A stretch of DNA of 54,061 bases from a virus (Duplodnaviria; Caudoviricetes). The position numbers were made by a program, and so were the translations under genes. The stretch is taken from IMG/VR virus record IMGVR_UViG_3300043602_000277, positions 1-54,061 of that record. The stretch is one strand, 5' to 3'. How positions within the stretch are numbered: position 1 is the stretch's first letter; each line of letters opens with the position of its first letter. Below the pieces are notes generated by a model. The model made no database searches and was not told where the DNA came from. It saw nothing but the letters and a program-made list of their open reading frames with translations. Positions 1 to 8,638 of the stretch are shown here, one piece after another.

Positions 1-127
1 CTGGATCACGTTTGAATGGACTATATCTGAGGGCATCGCTCCGCCCATTGTCCCACCAGCGACGGACGTTGAGACAGGGCGTGTTACAGCACAAGCCGGC
101 CTCAACGTTCGCCGTGGGCCGGATACG
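1..127. repeat. Terminal direct repeat, copy 1 (circular-contig overlap)
   Basis: Bases 1-127 are identical to 53935-54061. 127 is a common maximum assembler k-mer. Confidence 0.97.
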
Positions 128-730
128 AGCTATGCGCTGCTGGGGACGCTGGCCTATGGCAGCACGGTCTTGTATGACGATAACGTAGATGGCTGGCTGC
201 ATGTAGTCGATGGCTACGTCAGCGCCGAGTACGTGGGCGAACCGCAGGGTACAGTAATTGCACCCATAGCGCCTAGCGGGTTGGTGCATCCGCTACCCGG
301 CAGCGTCATCACGCAGAGGTTCGGAGAGAATCCTGAAAACTACGTTCAATATGGGCAGATTGCGCACAATGGCGTCGATCTGGCAGGGGTGCCGGCAGGC
401 AGCCCGATTCTGACAATGGCGGATGGCGTGGTTTATCGAACGGATTATGATCCTGGCTATGGCAATTACGTCATGATTGCCCACGACCAGCGCCGCCTAT
501 ACAGTGTCTACTGCCATTGTTCGGAATTGCTCGTGCTGATTGGTAGCACGGTCAGCGCCGGCGAACAAATTGCCCTCGTCGGCTCAACCGGCAATTCGAC
601 CGCCGATCATCTTCATTTTGAGATACGCGAAATGAACGCCGACGGCAGTTATGGCGAGGGACAGTACGGCTACACTAAAGGCAGGGATGACCCTGAAACC
701 GTGTTCCATGTCTTGGGTGGCAAGCTATGA
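2..730 (+). CDS. C-terminal half of endolysin A (SH3b + M23 peptidase); frame is open from base 2 and continues from 53630 across the junction
   Basis: GLNVRRGPDTSY..GWL..GYVSAEYV (SH3b); HNGVD and HLH zinc motifs (M23); homologous to the C-terminus of 44456-46336. Confidence 0.9.
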   Translation, partial: WITFEWTISEGIAPPIVPPATDVETGRVTAQAGLNVRRGPDTSYALLGTLAYGSTVLYDDNVDGWLHVVDGYVSAEYVGEPQGTVIAPIAPSGLVHPLPGSVITQRFGENPENYVQYGQIAHNGVDLAGVPAGSPILTMADGVVYRTDYDPGYGNYVMIAHDQRRLYSVYCHCSELLVLIGSTVSAGEQIALVGSTGNSTADHLHFEIREMNADGSYGEGQYGYTKGRDDPETVFHVLGGKL

Positions 731-1200
731 GCGATGCGGGAAACTTGCACGCAAAAGTCTTTGCCGCGGACTTTATCAAAAACTTGCCAGGCACTAGCTA
801 TATGGCTCAGGCATTCGCTTTAGTTGCGCTCGATTTTGTCGTGCCTCCAGTCGGCAAATCTAAAATCCTCCATGCCGAATCTGCTACAGGGCCATTTCAA
901 GAAGCTGACTACCTGCTTATCCGCTCACTGGATCACCGTGCGGAACCTCTGGCGGTTATGAATGCGTGGTTCAAAATCGTAAGCATTATTGAAGAAAACA
1001 CTTTCGCGCCCGCCGCAAGCCTTACGGCGCAGCGAAGCGGCGGAGATAGTGACCACCCACACAGCATCTGGGTATTGGAGCATGTACATGGCGGCAAGGT
1101 TGGCGCCGTCATTGGCAAGGGCAACACACTTGTCAACTTTGGACAGTCAACAGAGCCATGGATAACGTTTACGGGTTTGCTCCCTACGGGACAGGCATAG
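727..1200 (+). CDS. Hypothetical protein
   Basis: 157-aa ORF with ATGA overlap on the lysin stop; no recognised motif. Confidence 0.6.
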   Translation: MSDAGNLHAKVFAADFIKNLPGTSYMAQAFALVALDFVVPPVGKSKILHAESATGPFQEADYLLIRSLDHRAEPLAVMNAWFKIVSIIEENTFAPAASLTAQRSGGDSDHPHSIWVLEHVHGGKVGAVIGKGNTLVNFGQSTEPWITFTGLLPTGQA

Positions 1201-1224
1201 ACGCCGGGAGCGGAGCGATGAATG

Positions 1225-1599
1225 CTACTTGGTCTCGCGCATCAAATCATCATAGGATATGCCCAGACCGTCATGCAGCGCGCGCATCATCTTAATGGTG
1301 AGGGGACGTTTACGGCTTAAGACTTCAGAGGCGCGGTTTTGCCCGCCCAAGTAGGGTGCAAGGTCAATCTGACGTAAGCCTTTGGCGTCCATGGTGCTCA
1401 GGATGATGTCTACGGCATCTTGCTTGTGGTAGGAACGGAGAAGGGAGACGATGGCGCGGAATCGGTCATCGTCGTAGTTGCTCATATCACCAGCGGCAAA
1501 AGCATTGTGCATCCGATCCAGTTCGCCTTTGAAGGCATCGTACTCGGCGTCGCTCTGAATCGCCTGCGGAAGAGCGGTCTTTTCAACTACAGATTCCAT
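1225..1599 (-). CDS. higA: HigA-like HTH antitoxin/regulator
   Basis: IQSDAEY...GLRQIDLAPYLGGQNRASEVLSRKRPLTIKMMRALHDGLGIS is typical of HigA; AGGAG RBS. Confidence 0.85.
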   Translation of the reverse strand: MESVVEKTALPQAIQSDAEYDAFKGELDRMHNAFAAGDMSNYDDDRFRAIVSLLRSYHKQDAVDIILSTMDAKGLRQIDLAPYLGGQNRASEVLSRKRPLTIKMMRALHDGLGISYDDLMRETK

Positions 1600-1620
1600 T
1601 TGTCGTACTCCTGATGTGTG

Positions 1621-1923
1621 CTACTTTGCCTTTTCTGCTGCTTCTTCTCTGCCCTTCATGCGAGCTTCTTCAAGACGCTGGGTAAGGACGTAATGATGGA
1701 GAATATTGTTGATGCGCTTCTGGTAGCCTGGGCCGCCCTCGCGAAAGTAGGTCAAGACAAAGTTGTCAAGGCGGATGGAAATGGTTTCTTTGGGGTTTGG
1801 CTCTACCCAAACGCCGTTGTCCCAAAAGTCATCGGGAATGTTGTAGGGATCGGCAAAGCTCTCATCATCGAGAATCTCTCCCTTTGCTGCTTCTGCGGTA
1901 CCCTTGGAATCTTTGCGTTTCAT
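1621..1923 (-). CDS. brnA: BrnA family antitoxin (start reassigned to ATG 1923)
   Basis: DDFW...KETISIRLD..VL.YFR..GPGYQKRINNIL signature; directly downstream of brnT. Confidence 0.9.
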   Translation of the reverse strand: MKRKDSKGTAEAAKGEILDDESFADPYNIPDDFWDNGVWVEPNPKETISIRLDNFVLTYFREGGPGYQKRINNILHHYVLTQRLEEARMKGREEAAEKAK

Positions 1924-2179
1924 GTTCTGTTGCCTCTCTAGCTGAAATAATACGTTTGCGTGGGCCGCGCCAGGTGTAGACGACGAAAAGGATGGTTTTG
2001 TCGTCGAGGAAACCAATCGCGATGTAACGAATCTCGTTATTCGGATATGGACGGAGATCTTGAAACGTGTAGGTAGGGCCATCCCAAATGCGCCGAGCTT
2101 CTTCAAAGCTGTAGCCGTGATCTTCTTGATTGGTTAGGTCTTTGGGTTCGTCCCACTCGAAGTCGTCGTCGAAGATCAT
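1865..2179 (-). CDS. brnT: BrnT family RNase toxin
   Basis: FEWDEPK..N...HGYSFEEA...E.RY.AIG...VVYT.R...RIISAR signature. Confidence 0.92.
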   Translation of the reverse strand: MIFDDDFEWDEPKDLTNQEDHGYSFEEARRIWDGPTYTFQDLRPYPNNEIRYIAIGFLDDKTILFVVYTWRGPRKRIISAREATEHETQRFQGYRRSSKGRDSR

Positions 2180-2187
2180 GCCTATAT

Positions 2188-2220
2188 TATATACAATTTG
2201 TATATATAAATCAAATTTGA
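2188..2220. promoter_or_regulatory. Palindromic operator(s) upstream of brnT
   Basis: TATATACAA-T-TTGTATATA (2188-2206) and TCAAATTTGA (2211-2220) palindromes in an AT-rich promoter region. Confidence 0.6.
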
Positions 2221-2251
2221 GTAGGTGTGACGAGAGGATAAAGGAGGAATC

Positions 2252-2401
2252 ATGTCAACGAGATGGGCAACGATGCTCGGTATTATTGCGGGCGGGCTGG
2301 CGTTGGTCTTTCATTTTGCCGGCATCGCACCAGGCTTTGAAGCTGTCTTAACCGACGGCGGCCTTATCCTGATCGGCGTGGGCGTACTATCCGGTTACTA
2401 A
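2252..2401 (+). CDS. Small 2-TM membrane protein (holin candidate), 49 aa; not in the ORF track
   Basis: AAGGAGGA RBS; MSTRWATMLGIIAGGLALVFHFAGIAPGFEAVLTDGGLILIGVGVLSGY; positional counterpart at 46356-46502. Confidence 0.7.
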   Translation: MSTRWATMLGIIAGGLALVFHFAGIAPGFEAVLTDGGLILIGVGVLSGY

Positions 2402-2407
2402 TGCGCC

Positions 2408-2731
2408 ATGTCAACCGATAACTGGTTCGCGGCGATCTGTTTCCTTGCCGTCTACGTTGCGGCGCTCATGCTGCTGGACGGCGCCCACAAAGCGCGCATC
2501 GCCGAGCTGAAGCAGATCCACCGTGAGCAAGTGAGCGGCTTGCGCAGCTACATCCGCACGTTGAGTCGGGAGCGTCTATGGCTGGAGGCGGAGCTGCAAC
2601 GGGTCACGGATAAGCTTGCCACGGTAGACAAGCGCAACAAAGTACAGGTCGAACCTGAGCATATCCAGTGGCTGCCGCCGTGGCCAACGGCACCTGACGC
2701 AGCGGAGGAATATGAGGAGGAGGATGGCTGA
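2408..2731 (+). CDS. N-terminal TM + coiled-coil protein (lysis cluster)
   Basis: MSTDNWF...LRSYIRTLSRERLWLEAEL; close paralog at 47221-47520. Confidence 0.8.
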   Translation: MSTDNWFAAICFLAVYVAALMLLDGAHKARIAELKQIHREQVSGLRSYIRTLSRERLWLEAELQRVTDKLATVDKRNKVQVEPEHIQWLPPWPTAPDAAEEYEEEDG

Positions 2732-3008
2732 CCTTCTTCCCGAATTCCTGGGCATCTTCGTGCCACTCGAAATCATGCGGCTGGAACAGGTGGGCGGGCC
2801 AAAGCCGGCAGAGTTGGCGGCAGCGTCGGCCTACTGGATGAACCGCCTGGACGCCGGCGAACTAGACGAGCTGCTCTTCCCGGTCAAAGGCAAGACCGCC
2901 GGCAGCGCCAGCATGTTGGTGTCAATAATTGCCTGCCTGGCGTTTGAGAGTGGAGGAGTGCGGGTGTTTGGCCATCACTTTGTGGCCTATGAAGTGGCCG
3001 GTGCATAA
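2724..3008 (+). CDS. Conserved hypothetical protein
   Basis: GGAGG RBS; near-identical paralog at 47501-47932. Confidence 0.8.
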   Translation: MADLLPEFLGIFVPLEIMRLEQVGGPKPAELAAASAYWMNRLDAGELDELLFPVKGKTAGSASMLVSIIACLAFESGGVRVFGHHFVAYEVAGA

Positions 3009-3022
3009 CGAAAAACCCGCCG

Positions 3023-3400
3023 TTAAGCGGGTTCGAGTTCGAGCATATTTAGTTGTTGCATCTTCAGCGGCGTTTTCTGTGCCTGCTTTGGATGCTCGGT
3101 AATGCGTCGACGCTGCTCTTCGAGCCGTTCACGTTTGCGTTGCTCGGTGCAAGCCTGCTCCCGTTGCCGCTCTTCGACCGCTGCGGCGGCTTCAGCCAGG
3201 CCAGCCGGCAGCGACCACGGCTCACGCTCGACAAAGATGAGTTTTCCGTCGGCGATGCCCTCGAACATGACAGTCACCGATGGCTTGCGGGCATTGGGGC
3301 CTTTGCTGGCGACGGAATTGGTTTTGGCGGCCAACCTTTCCAGATTGGCCATCTGTTCGTCCGTGAAACGAAAGTTGTATTGTCGTGTTAGTTTCCCCAT
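3023..3400 (-). CDS. Putative ribbon-helix-helix-like DNA-binding protein, divergent from terS
   Basis: YNFRFTDEQMANLERLA strand-helix start; AGGAG RBS; paralog at 47929-48279. Confidence 0.6.
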   Translation of the reverse strand: MGKLTRQYNFRFTDEQMANLERLAAKTNSVASKGPNARKPSVTVMFEGIADGKLIFVEREPWSLPAGLAEAAAAVEERQREQACTEQRKRERLEEQRRRITEHPKQAQKTPLKMQQLNMLELEPA

Positions 3401-3552
3401 GTGTGTCTCCTATCTGGGCTGGTAGGTTGTGATGCTGCTATGGCCCTGTTGCCGCGTAATGTAGCATGTTTGTTCGGTGTGATCAAGATGACGGGGTTAC
3501 ATTTTGACGGGTTACGATATGGTTTGACAGGTTTTGACAGGATGAGGGCAAT

Positions 3553-4080
3553 GTGGCGCTTTCGGCCAAACAGAAGGCATTCATCAATGAGTACCTATCT
3601 GACTTTAATGCGACCCGTGCAGCACAGCGGGCGGGATATGGCGGGGATGAGAACACCTTAGCAGTCACAGGCAGCAGATTGCTAAGAATTGATAAGGTTG
3701 CCGAAGCCATCGCGGCCCGAATGCAAGAGAAGGCCATGGGCGCGGATGAAGTGCTTAGGCGCCTTGCAGAACAGGCAAGGGCTGAATACAGCGCCTATCT
3801 CACAGCGAATGGCACGGTAGATTTTGCCCGGCTGATTGCGGATGGCAAAGGTCATTTGGTCAAGGGTATCAAAGATACCGCTCAGGGGCGCAACATCGAA
3901 TTTCACGACGCCCAAGCCGCGCTCGTGCAAATCGGCAAGCATCACAAGCTCTTTACCGACAAGGTAGAGGTGGAGCATTCCGGTACGGTCGAAATTACAG
4001 CAGACGAAAGAGCGCGGGCGGCAAAAGAGCTTGAGCAATGGAACGAACAGAAGAAAGCCGGCGCAACATCGAATGGCTAA
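3553..4080 (+). CDS. terS: Terminase small subunit A
   Basis: LSAKQKAFINEYLSDFNATRAAQRAGY motif; overlaps terL. Confidence 0.92.
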   Translation: MALSAKQKAFINEYLSDFNATRAAQRAGYGGDENTLAVTGSRLLRIDKVAEAIAARMQEKAMGADEVLRRLAEQARAEYSAYLTANGTVDFARLIADGKGHLVKGIKDTAQGRNIEFHDAQAALVQIGKHHKLFTDKVEVEHSGTVEITADERARAAKELEQWNEQKKAGATSNG

Positions 4081-5489
4081 AATGCACGCAGTGTGTCGAT
4101 TACTTTATCGAGATGTATGTGATGATTTTTAACGCCACCGACAAGGATTGGGTGCGTTTTGCCCTGTGGCCCGCTCAGTCTGACACATTACAAAAGATCG
4201 GCCAAGAGCGACAAGCGATTGTGCTTAAAGCGCGGCAGCTTGGTCTCTCGTGGCTTGTCCTTTGTTATGCGCTTCATGCCATGGTCTTTAGGCCGGCGGC
4301 GACGATCCTCATTTTTTCTAAGCGCGACGAGGAAGCGGTTGAACTGCTGCGGCGCATCAAGGGCGTCTATGAGCGCTTGCCGGCATGGATGAAACCGCGC
4401 GCAGTCGCTGATGCCGATCACAATTGGGAGCTATCGAATGGCTCCTCAGCCAAGAGCTTCCCGACCACCGGCGGGCGTAGCTATACCGGTAGCCTTGTGA
4501 TCGTAGACGAAGCCGATTTTGTGCCTGACCTCGACTCCTTGATCAACGCCGTCAAGCCGACCATCGACGCCGGCGGGCAGATGGTCATGATCTCGACCGT
4601 GGATAAGAGTCAACCCGAATCGCCCTTCAAGCGCATTTATCGAGCTGCCAAGCATGGCGATACCGGCTGGCGATCTATCTTCCTCCCTTGGCACGCCCGC
4701 CCAGGCCGCACCCCTGAATGGTATGAGATACAACAGCGCGACATTTTCGCTCGCACCGGCTCTTCGGATGACCTTTATCAAGAATACCCGGCCACGGACG
4801 CCGAGGCGATGGCTCCGCGTGAGTTGGACAAGCGCATCCCTGCGGTCTGGCTCACCAACGTCTATGTCGCCGCCAAGCCACTGAGTAAAGAGGAGATCGC
4901 AGCCCAGAAGCTGCCCTCGCTGCCCAATTTGGAGGTGTATCGGCTGGTAGAACCGAAACACCGCTATGTGATCGGCGGCGATCCAGCAGAGGGCAATCCG
5001 AACAGCGATCCGTCGGCGCTGACCGTGCTGGACATTGACAGTGGAGAAGAGGTGGCGGCATTGGCGGGACGCATCGAGCCCAGCACTTTTGCCGCCTATG
5101 CCGACGAGCTCGCCGGCTACTACAATCGGGCGGCCATCATGTTTGAGCGCAACAATCACGGTCATGCCTGCATTGGCTGGCTGCGTGACAACTCCAAGAG
5201 CCGCTTGCTGCGCGGATACGATGACAAGCGTGGTTGGCTCTCCAACTCGCTGGGCAAGGCGCTCATGTACAGCAGCATGGCCGATGCCGCCAGAGATCAG
5301 CAGATGACAATTCATTCATTTGAGACCTATTCGCAACTGGCCTCAATCGAAGCGACCAGCCTAAGAGCGCCGGAAGGCTTACACGACGACCGTGCCGATT
5401 CGGTTGCACTCGCCAACATGGGCAGGCTTGCGAGCTTCAACAAACGAGAAGATCAGGAGACCCCGCCAAGTTCGTCGGGCTACGTTTGA
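4038..5489 (+). CDS. terL: Terminase large subunit A
   Basis: Walker A IVLKARQLGLS, Walker B VIVDE, nuclease GGDPAEG...HDDRADS. Confidence 0.95.
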   Translation: MERTEESRRNIEWLKCTQCVDYFIEMYVMIFNATDKDWVRFALWPAQSDTLQKIGQERQAIVLKARQLGLSWLVLCYALHAMVFRPAATILIFSKRDEEAVELLRRIKGVYERLPAWMKPRAVADADHNWELSNGSSAKSFPTTGGRSYTGSLVIVDEADFVPDLDSLINAVKPTIDAGGQMVMISTVDKSQPESPFKRIYRAAKHGDTGWRSIFLPWHARPGRTPEWYEIQQRDIFARTGSSDDLYQEYPATDAEAMAPRELDKRIPAVWLTNVYVAAKPLSKEEIAAQKLPSLPNLEVYRLVEPKHRYVIGGDPAEGNPNSDPSALTVLDIDSGEEVAALAGRIEPSTFAAYADELAGYYNRAAIMFERNNHGHACIGWLRDNSKSRLLRGYDDKRGWLSNSLGKALMYSSMADAARDQQMTIHSFETYSQLASIEATSLRAPEGLHDDRADSVALANMGRLASFNKREDQETPPSSSGYV

Positions 5490-5561
5490 TGCTGTCTACT
5501 TCTCCTTTTTTTCCAGCCATTGGGGCTAAAAAAAAGTAACCGAGCACAGAAAGCAGGTGGC

Positions 5562-7355
5562 ATGAACACCAAAACGACCATCGGGAGCGCTTTGGGCGCG
5601 ATTACCTTTACGACCAGTGACGTTCCCGCGCCCATAGGGCTCCCAGTCAGCACTTCACGCGTGAGCCGGCTCTTTGACCAGTTGACGTTGGAGCAAGCGC
5701 AGAACATTGTCAACTCTCGCCGCGACGACAACGCTGAGATCAACCTCGACTATCTGCGCGGCGACCACTGGCGCAACGGCGAGGGTTGGGTTGGGCCGAG
5801 GATCAGCAGCTACAACGACCCTGGCACCAGCCAGCTATCCCTGGCTGCGATCAAGAAAGCCTTTGTCTCCCGCAACACGATTGCCGAGGTCACACGCCGG
5901 CAGGTGGGCGGCGTCTTAGGCCGTGACCTGCACTGGAAATTCACAGTCAAGCGCGAGCTCGAGGAGACCGAAAAGACCGACCCTGTCACCCGCATCACCA
6001 AGATGGTCAAAGAACAGCCGAGCGCCGCAGAAGAGGCGTTGATCAATGAAGCCGAAGCTGCCCTGGTCAACTGGTGGGACAAACGCAGCGTCAAGGACGC
6101 CCTGGAAATGATGGACGCCTCAGCCCTCAACACCAAGCGCGGCGTGCTGCGCCTCTACGTGCCACCCGACCTGCGCGACGATGGCGGCAACCTGCCGCCT
6201 GGCGATCTGGAAACCTGCCTCGGTTACATCTGGCTCCAGCATCTCGGCACCAACGAAGATTCGCTCGAGCTCGAGTTTGCCAGCGGCACGGTCTATACCG
6301 AAAAACGTTCACGCCGGCAGCTAGGCGTCTTTACCTACAACGAAGCGCTGGATCTGGTCAGCCAGGAGCAGGGCAGCCAAAGCAACAGCGAGGATGAGCG
6401 CGCCGAGTTGACCTACCTCGACGATGCCGGCAACACCGTAATCCGCGTGATCGACGATGAAGGCGATGTCGAGCCGCCGATGGTGATGCCGCTCGGTGGC
6501 CGCTTGACCATTTTTGAGATGAACCGGACCTGGCTGATCACGCCGCAGGTGATCTCCTTGCAGAAGATGCTCAACCTCTCGCTGACGATGAAGCAGCGCA
6601 ACTCCGTGCAGGCAGGCTTCCTCGAACGCATCTTCTTCAACGTCGATTGGCCGAGCGAAAAGCGCGTCGTCGACGGCAAGGAGACCTGGGTTCGCAAGCC
6701 GATGGAGATCGGCCCGGGAGTTGCTACCGAGTTCAAGGGTCTGGAGATCCGCAACGATGACAACGACGTGACCGGCCATGCCACACCCAGCGTCGTCTAC
6801 CGCGATCCTGTCTCGCCTGCCACCTTCATCGAGACCGAAGAGAGCGCCTACAAAAGCATCCTGCAAGAGGTACAACAGCTCCACTACCTGATCGCGGGCG
6901 ATGCGGTAGTCTCGGGCGAAAGTCGCAAGCAGGCGCGTGATTCCTATACCCAGGACTTAAAGCTTTCCGCCAGCAAGGTGCAAGAGGCGGCGCGTTGGCT
7001 GCTGGAGACCGTGTTGGCCGAAGCCAGCTTCTTTGCCGGACGCGCCGGTGAGTTTGAGGGCTTACGCGCCTACGTGGAGGCGCACATTGACAGCGGGCCG
7101 ATTGGCCCTGATGACATGCGCGTGGCGCGCGAGATGCGCGACGGCGATCTGTGGTCGGAAGAGCGCGCCATGTCCGAGACGGGCGTTGAGGATGTCGATG
7201 CCGAGAAAGCGCGCATCGCCAAAGAGCGGGCGCAACGTTCCGAGCTCGACCAGAAAAACATGGCGGCCGCGCAGCAGTTCATGGCCGAGAACGCACCGCC
7301 AACCGGCAACCTAGCCAACAACCAGCCGAACAACCAAGGAGGCGCCAACGCGTGA
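5562..7355 (+). CDS. Portal protein A (probable)
   Basis: ~600-aa ORF directly after terL; SGESRK motif and DVDAEKARI C-terminus resemble SPP1-type portals. Confidence 0.75.
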   Translation: MNTKTTIGSALGAITFTTSDVPAPIGLPVSTSRVSRLFDQLTLEQAQNIVNSRRDDNAEINLDYLRGDHWRNGEGWVGPRISSYNDPGTSQLSLAAIKKAFVSRNTIAEVTRRQVGGVLGRDLHWKFTVKRELEETEKTDPVTRITKMVKEQPSAAEEALINEAEAALVNWWDKRSVKDALEMMDASALNTKRGVLRLYVPPDLRDDGGNLPPGDLETCLGYIWLQHLGTNEDSLELEFASGTVYTEKRSRRQLGVFTYNEALDLVSQEQGSQSNSEDERAELTYLDDAGNTVIRVIDDEGDVEPPMVMPLGGRLTIFEMNRTWLITPQVISLQKMLNLSLTMKQRNSVQAGFLERIFFNVDWPSEKRVVDGKETWVRKPMEIGPGVATEFKGLEIRNDDNDVTGHATPSVVYRDPVSPATFIETEESAYKSILQEVQQLHYLIAGDAVVSGESRKQARDSYTQDLKLSASKVQEAARWLLETVLAEASFFAGRAGEFEGLRAYVEAHIDSGPIGPDDMRVAREMRDGDLWSEERAMSETGVEDVDAEKARIAKERAQRSELDQKNMAAAQQFMAENAPPTGNLANNQPNNQGGANA

Positions 7356-8251
7356 GCCGCCAACAGCTTATCGCCCTCCTTGCTAACCTAGTCTTTAAGG
7401 GTCATCTGACCCCGACCGAAGCGCGCCTGATCGTCGCAGCCTATGATCGGGGGGATCTGCCGGAAATCGAGAAGCTGGTCGCGCTTGACCAGGAGCAAAC
7501 CGATGAGCGCTGGAAGCTGGCGCTGCTGGCGGTGCTGCTGCTGGTCGGTGGCAGCATTGCCAGGCCGCTGACTACATCTGAGCGCCTGCGCGCGCGCCGT
7601 CTCTTGCCGCTGCGTTTTGAGGAGAGCACGGCGACGTTGGCGGCGCAGGTCGCCAATGGCGGCATCAGCCTGGCGAGGTGGCAGCCGGCGCTCTATGCGG
7701 CGCAGGCCGGCTATGCCATGCAGATGACCACAGGCGGCTATGGCGCCATGCCACCGCTGGGGCTGCGGGATGTCGTCGATGCCGGCATCAAGGCGCAGAT
7801 CCCGTTCATCGAACGCTTTGGCCTGCAAATCCTGGCCCAACGCCTGATTGGTGCTCGCATGAGCGCGGCGGTCATCGCCGGTCGATCTGCGCTCTATGGC
7901 GGTCTCGGCTGGGGTTCCTGGTTCAAGGGCAACGAAGAGCGGGTGCTGAGGCCACAGGCGCCTGGCATCGTGCCGCGGCGCGCTGACGCATCGACAGGCT
8001 GGGTCGTCTACTACCGGGCGCGCGACGACAACCGCACCTGCGGGCCTTGCCATGAGGCGGCAGCCAAAGGGCCATACCTGCCACTGGAGGGGCCATTTCC
8101 TGGCGACGTGTGCAAGGGGCGAGGTCGCTGTCGCTGCACGCGGGAGACGGTCTACGACCTGCAAGCCTGGCAGATCCTGACCGGCATCGTAGCGCCCGCT
8201 GCCAAGCCTCCTGGCGTCGGCGGCGGCGGAAACACGGTCGCCGTGCTATGA
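7352..8251 (+). CDS. Minor head (MuF-like) protein A
   Basis: Follows portal; DDNRTCGPC...PG..C.GR..CRC cysteine motif. Confidence 0.7.
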   Translation: MSRQQLIALLANLVFKGHLTPTEARLIVAAYDRGDLPEIEKLVALDQEQTDERWKLALLAVLLLVGGSIARPLTTSERLRARRLLPLRFEESTATLAAQVANGGISLARWQPALYAAQAGYAMQMTTGGYGAMPPLGLRDVVDAGIKAQIPFIERFGLQILAQRLIGARMSAAVIAGRSALYGGLGWGSWFKGNEERVLRPQAPGIVPRRADASTGWVVYYRARDDNRTCGPCHEAAAKGPYLPLEGPFPGDVCKGRGRCRCTRETVYDLQAWQILTGIVAPAAKPPGVGGGGNTVAVL

Positions 8252-8448
8252 GCGGAGGCAAATCATTGCCAGAGACCGAAAATCGTGATACGCTTGACGG
8301 CGATTCCACCGAGTTTGTCATCGTCGCACGCCGCATACTCGAATCTGAACGCAGACTCTTACTCTCACGCTTGCACGAATTAAACCTGTTGCTCGGCTAC
8401 CCGCAGATCTACACGAGCAGGGAGCATCGGCGACAGGGACGCGAATAA
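8248..8448 (+). CDS. Small conserved helical protein (66 aa), candidate antiterminator
   Basis: ATGA overlap; LESERRLLLSRLHELNLLLGY matches LEQEHRLLIARLHLLRKQLGY of 53332-53538. Confidence 0.75.
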   Translation: MSGGKSLPETENRDTLDGDSTEFVIVARRILESERRLLLSRLHELNLLLGYPQIYTSREHRRQGRE

Positions 8449-8480
8449 TTTTATAGCGCCCAACGGTGTATCGCCCATCG

Positions 8481-8546
8481 GCGACCTAGTTTCCTTTTTG
8501 CTTGCTCACACATGAGCAGCAAAAAGTCGAACGGGTCGCTTTTTTT
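8481..8546 (+). terminator. Long-stem intrinsic terminator upstream of the scaffold gene
   Basis: GCGACC...TTTTTGCTTGCTCA/TGAGCAGCAAAAAG...GGTCGC followed by T7. Confidence 0.7.
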
Positions 8547-8638
8547 ATTGCTATTTTCCGGCCAGGGTGCCGGCAGATATAAACCGTAGCGCGGCCAGGG
8601 CGCCGCGTACCTGCCTGAACGACAAGGAGCGACAGGCC

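Noticed and set aside
1-127. Biological terminal repeat (T7-like DTR)
   Set aside because: The length equals a standard assembler k-mer and the repeat lies inside a coding sequence; best read as a circular overlap.
1621-2106. 161-aa version of BrnA in the ORF track
   Set aside because: The extension lies inside brnT; the BrnA-like sequence starts at ATG 1923.
2408-3008. Rz/Rz1 spanin pair
   Set aside because: The TM-coiled-coil fits an i-spanin loosely, but the partner has no signal peptide or lipobox.
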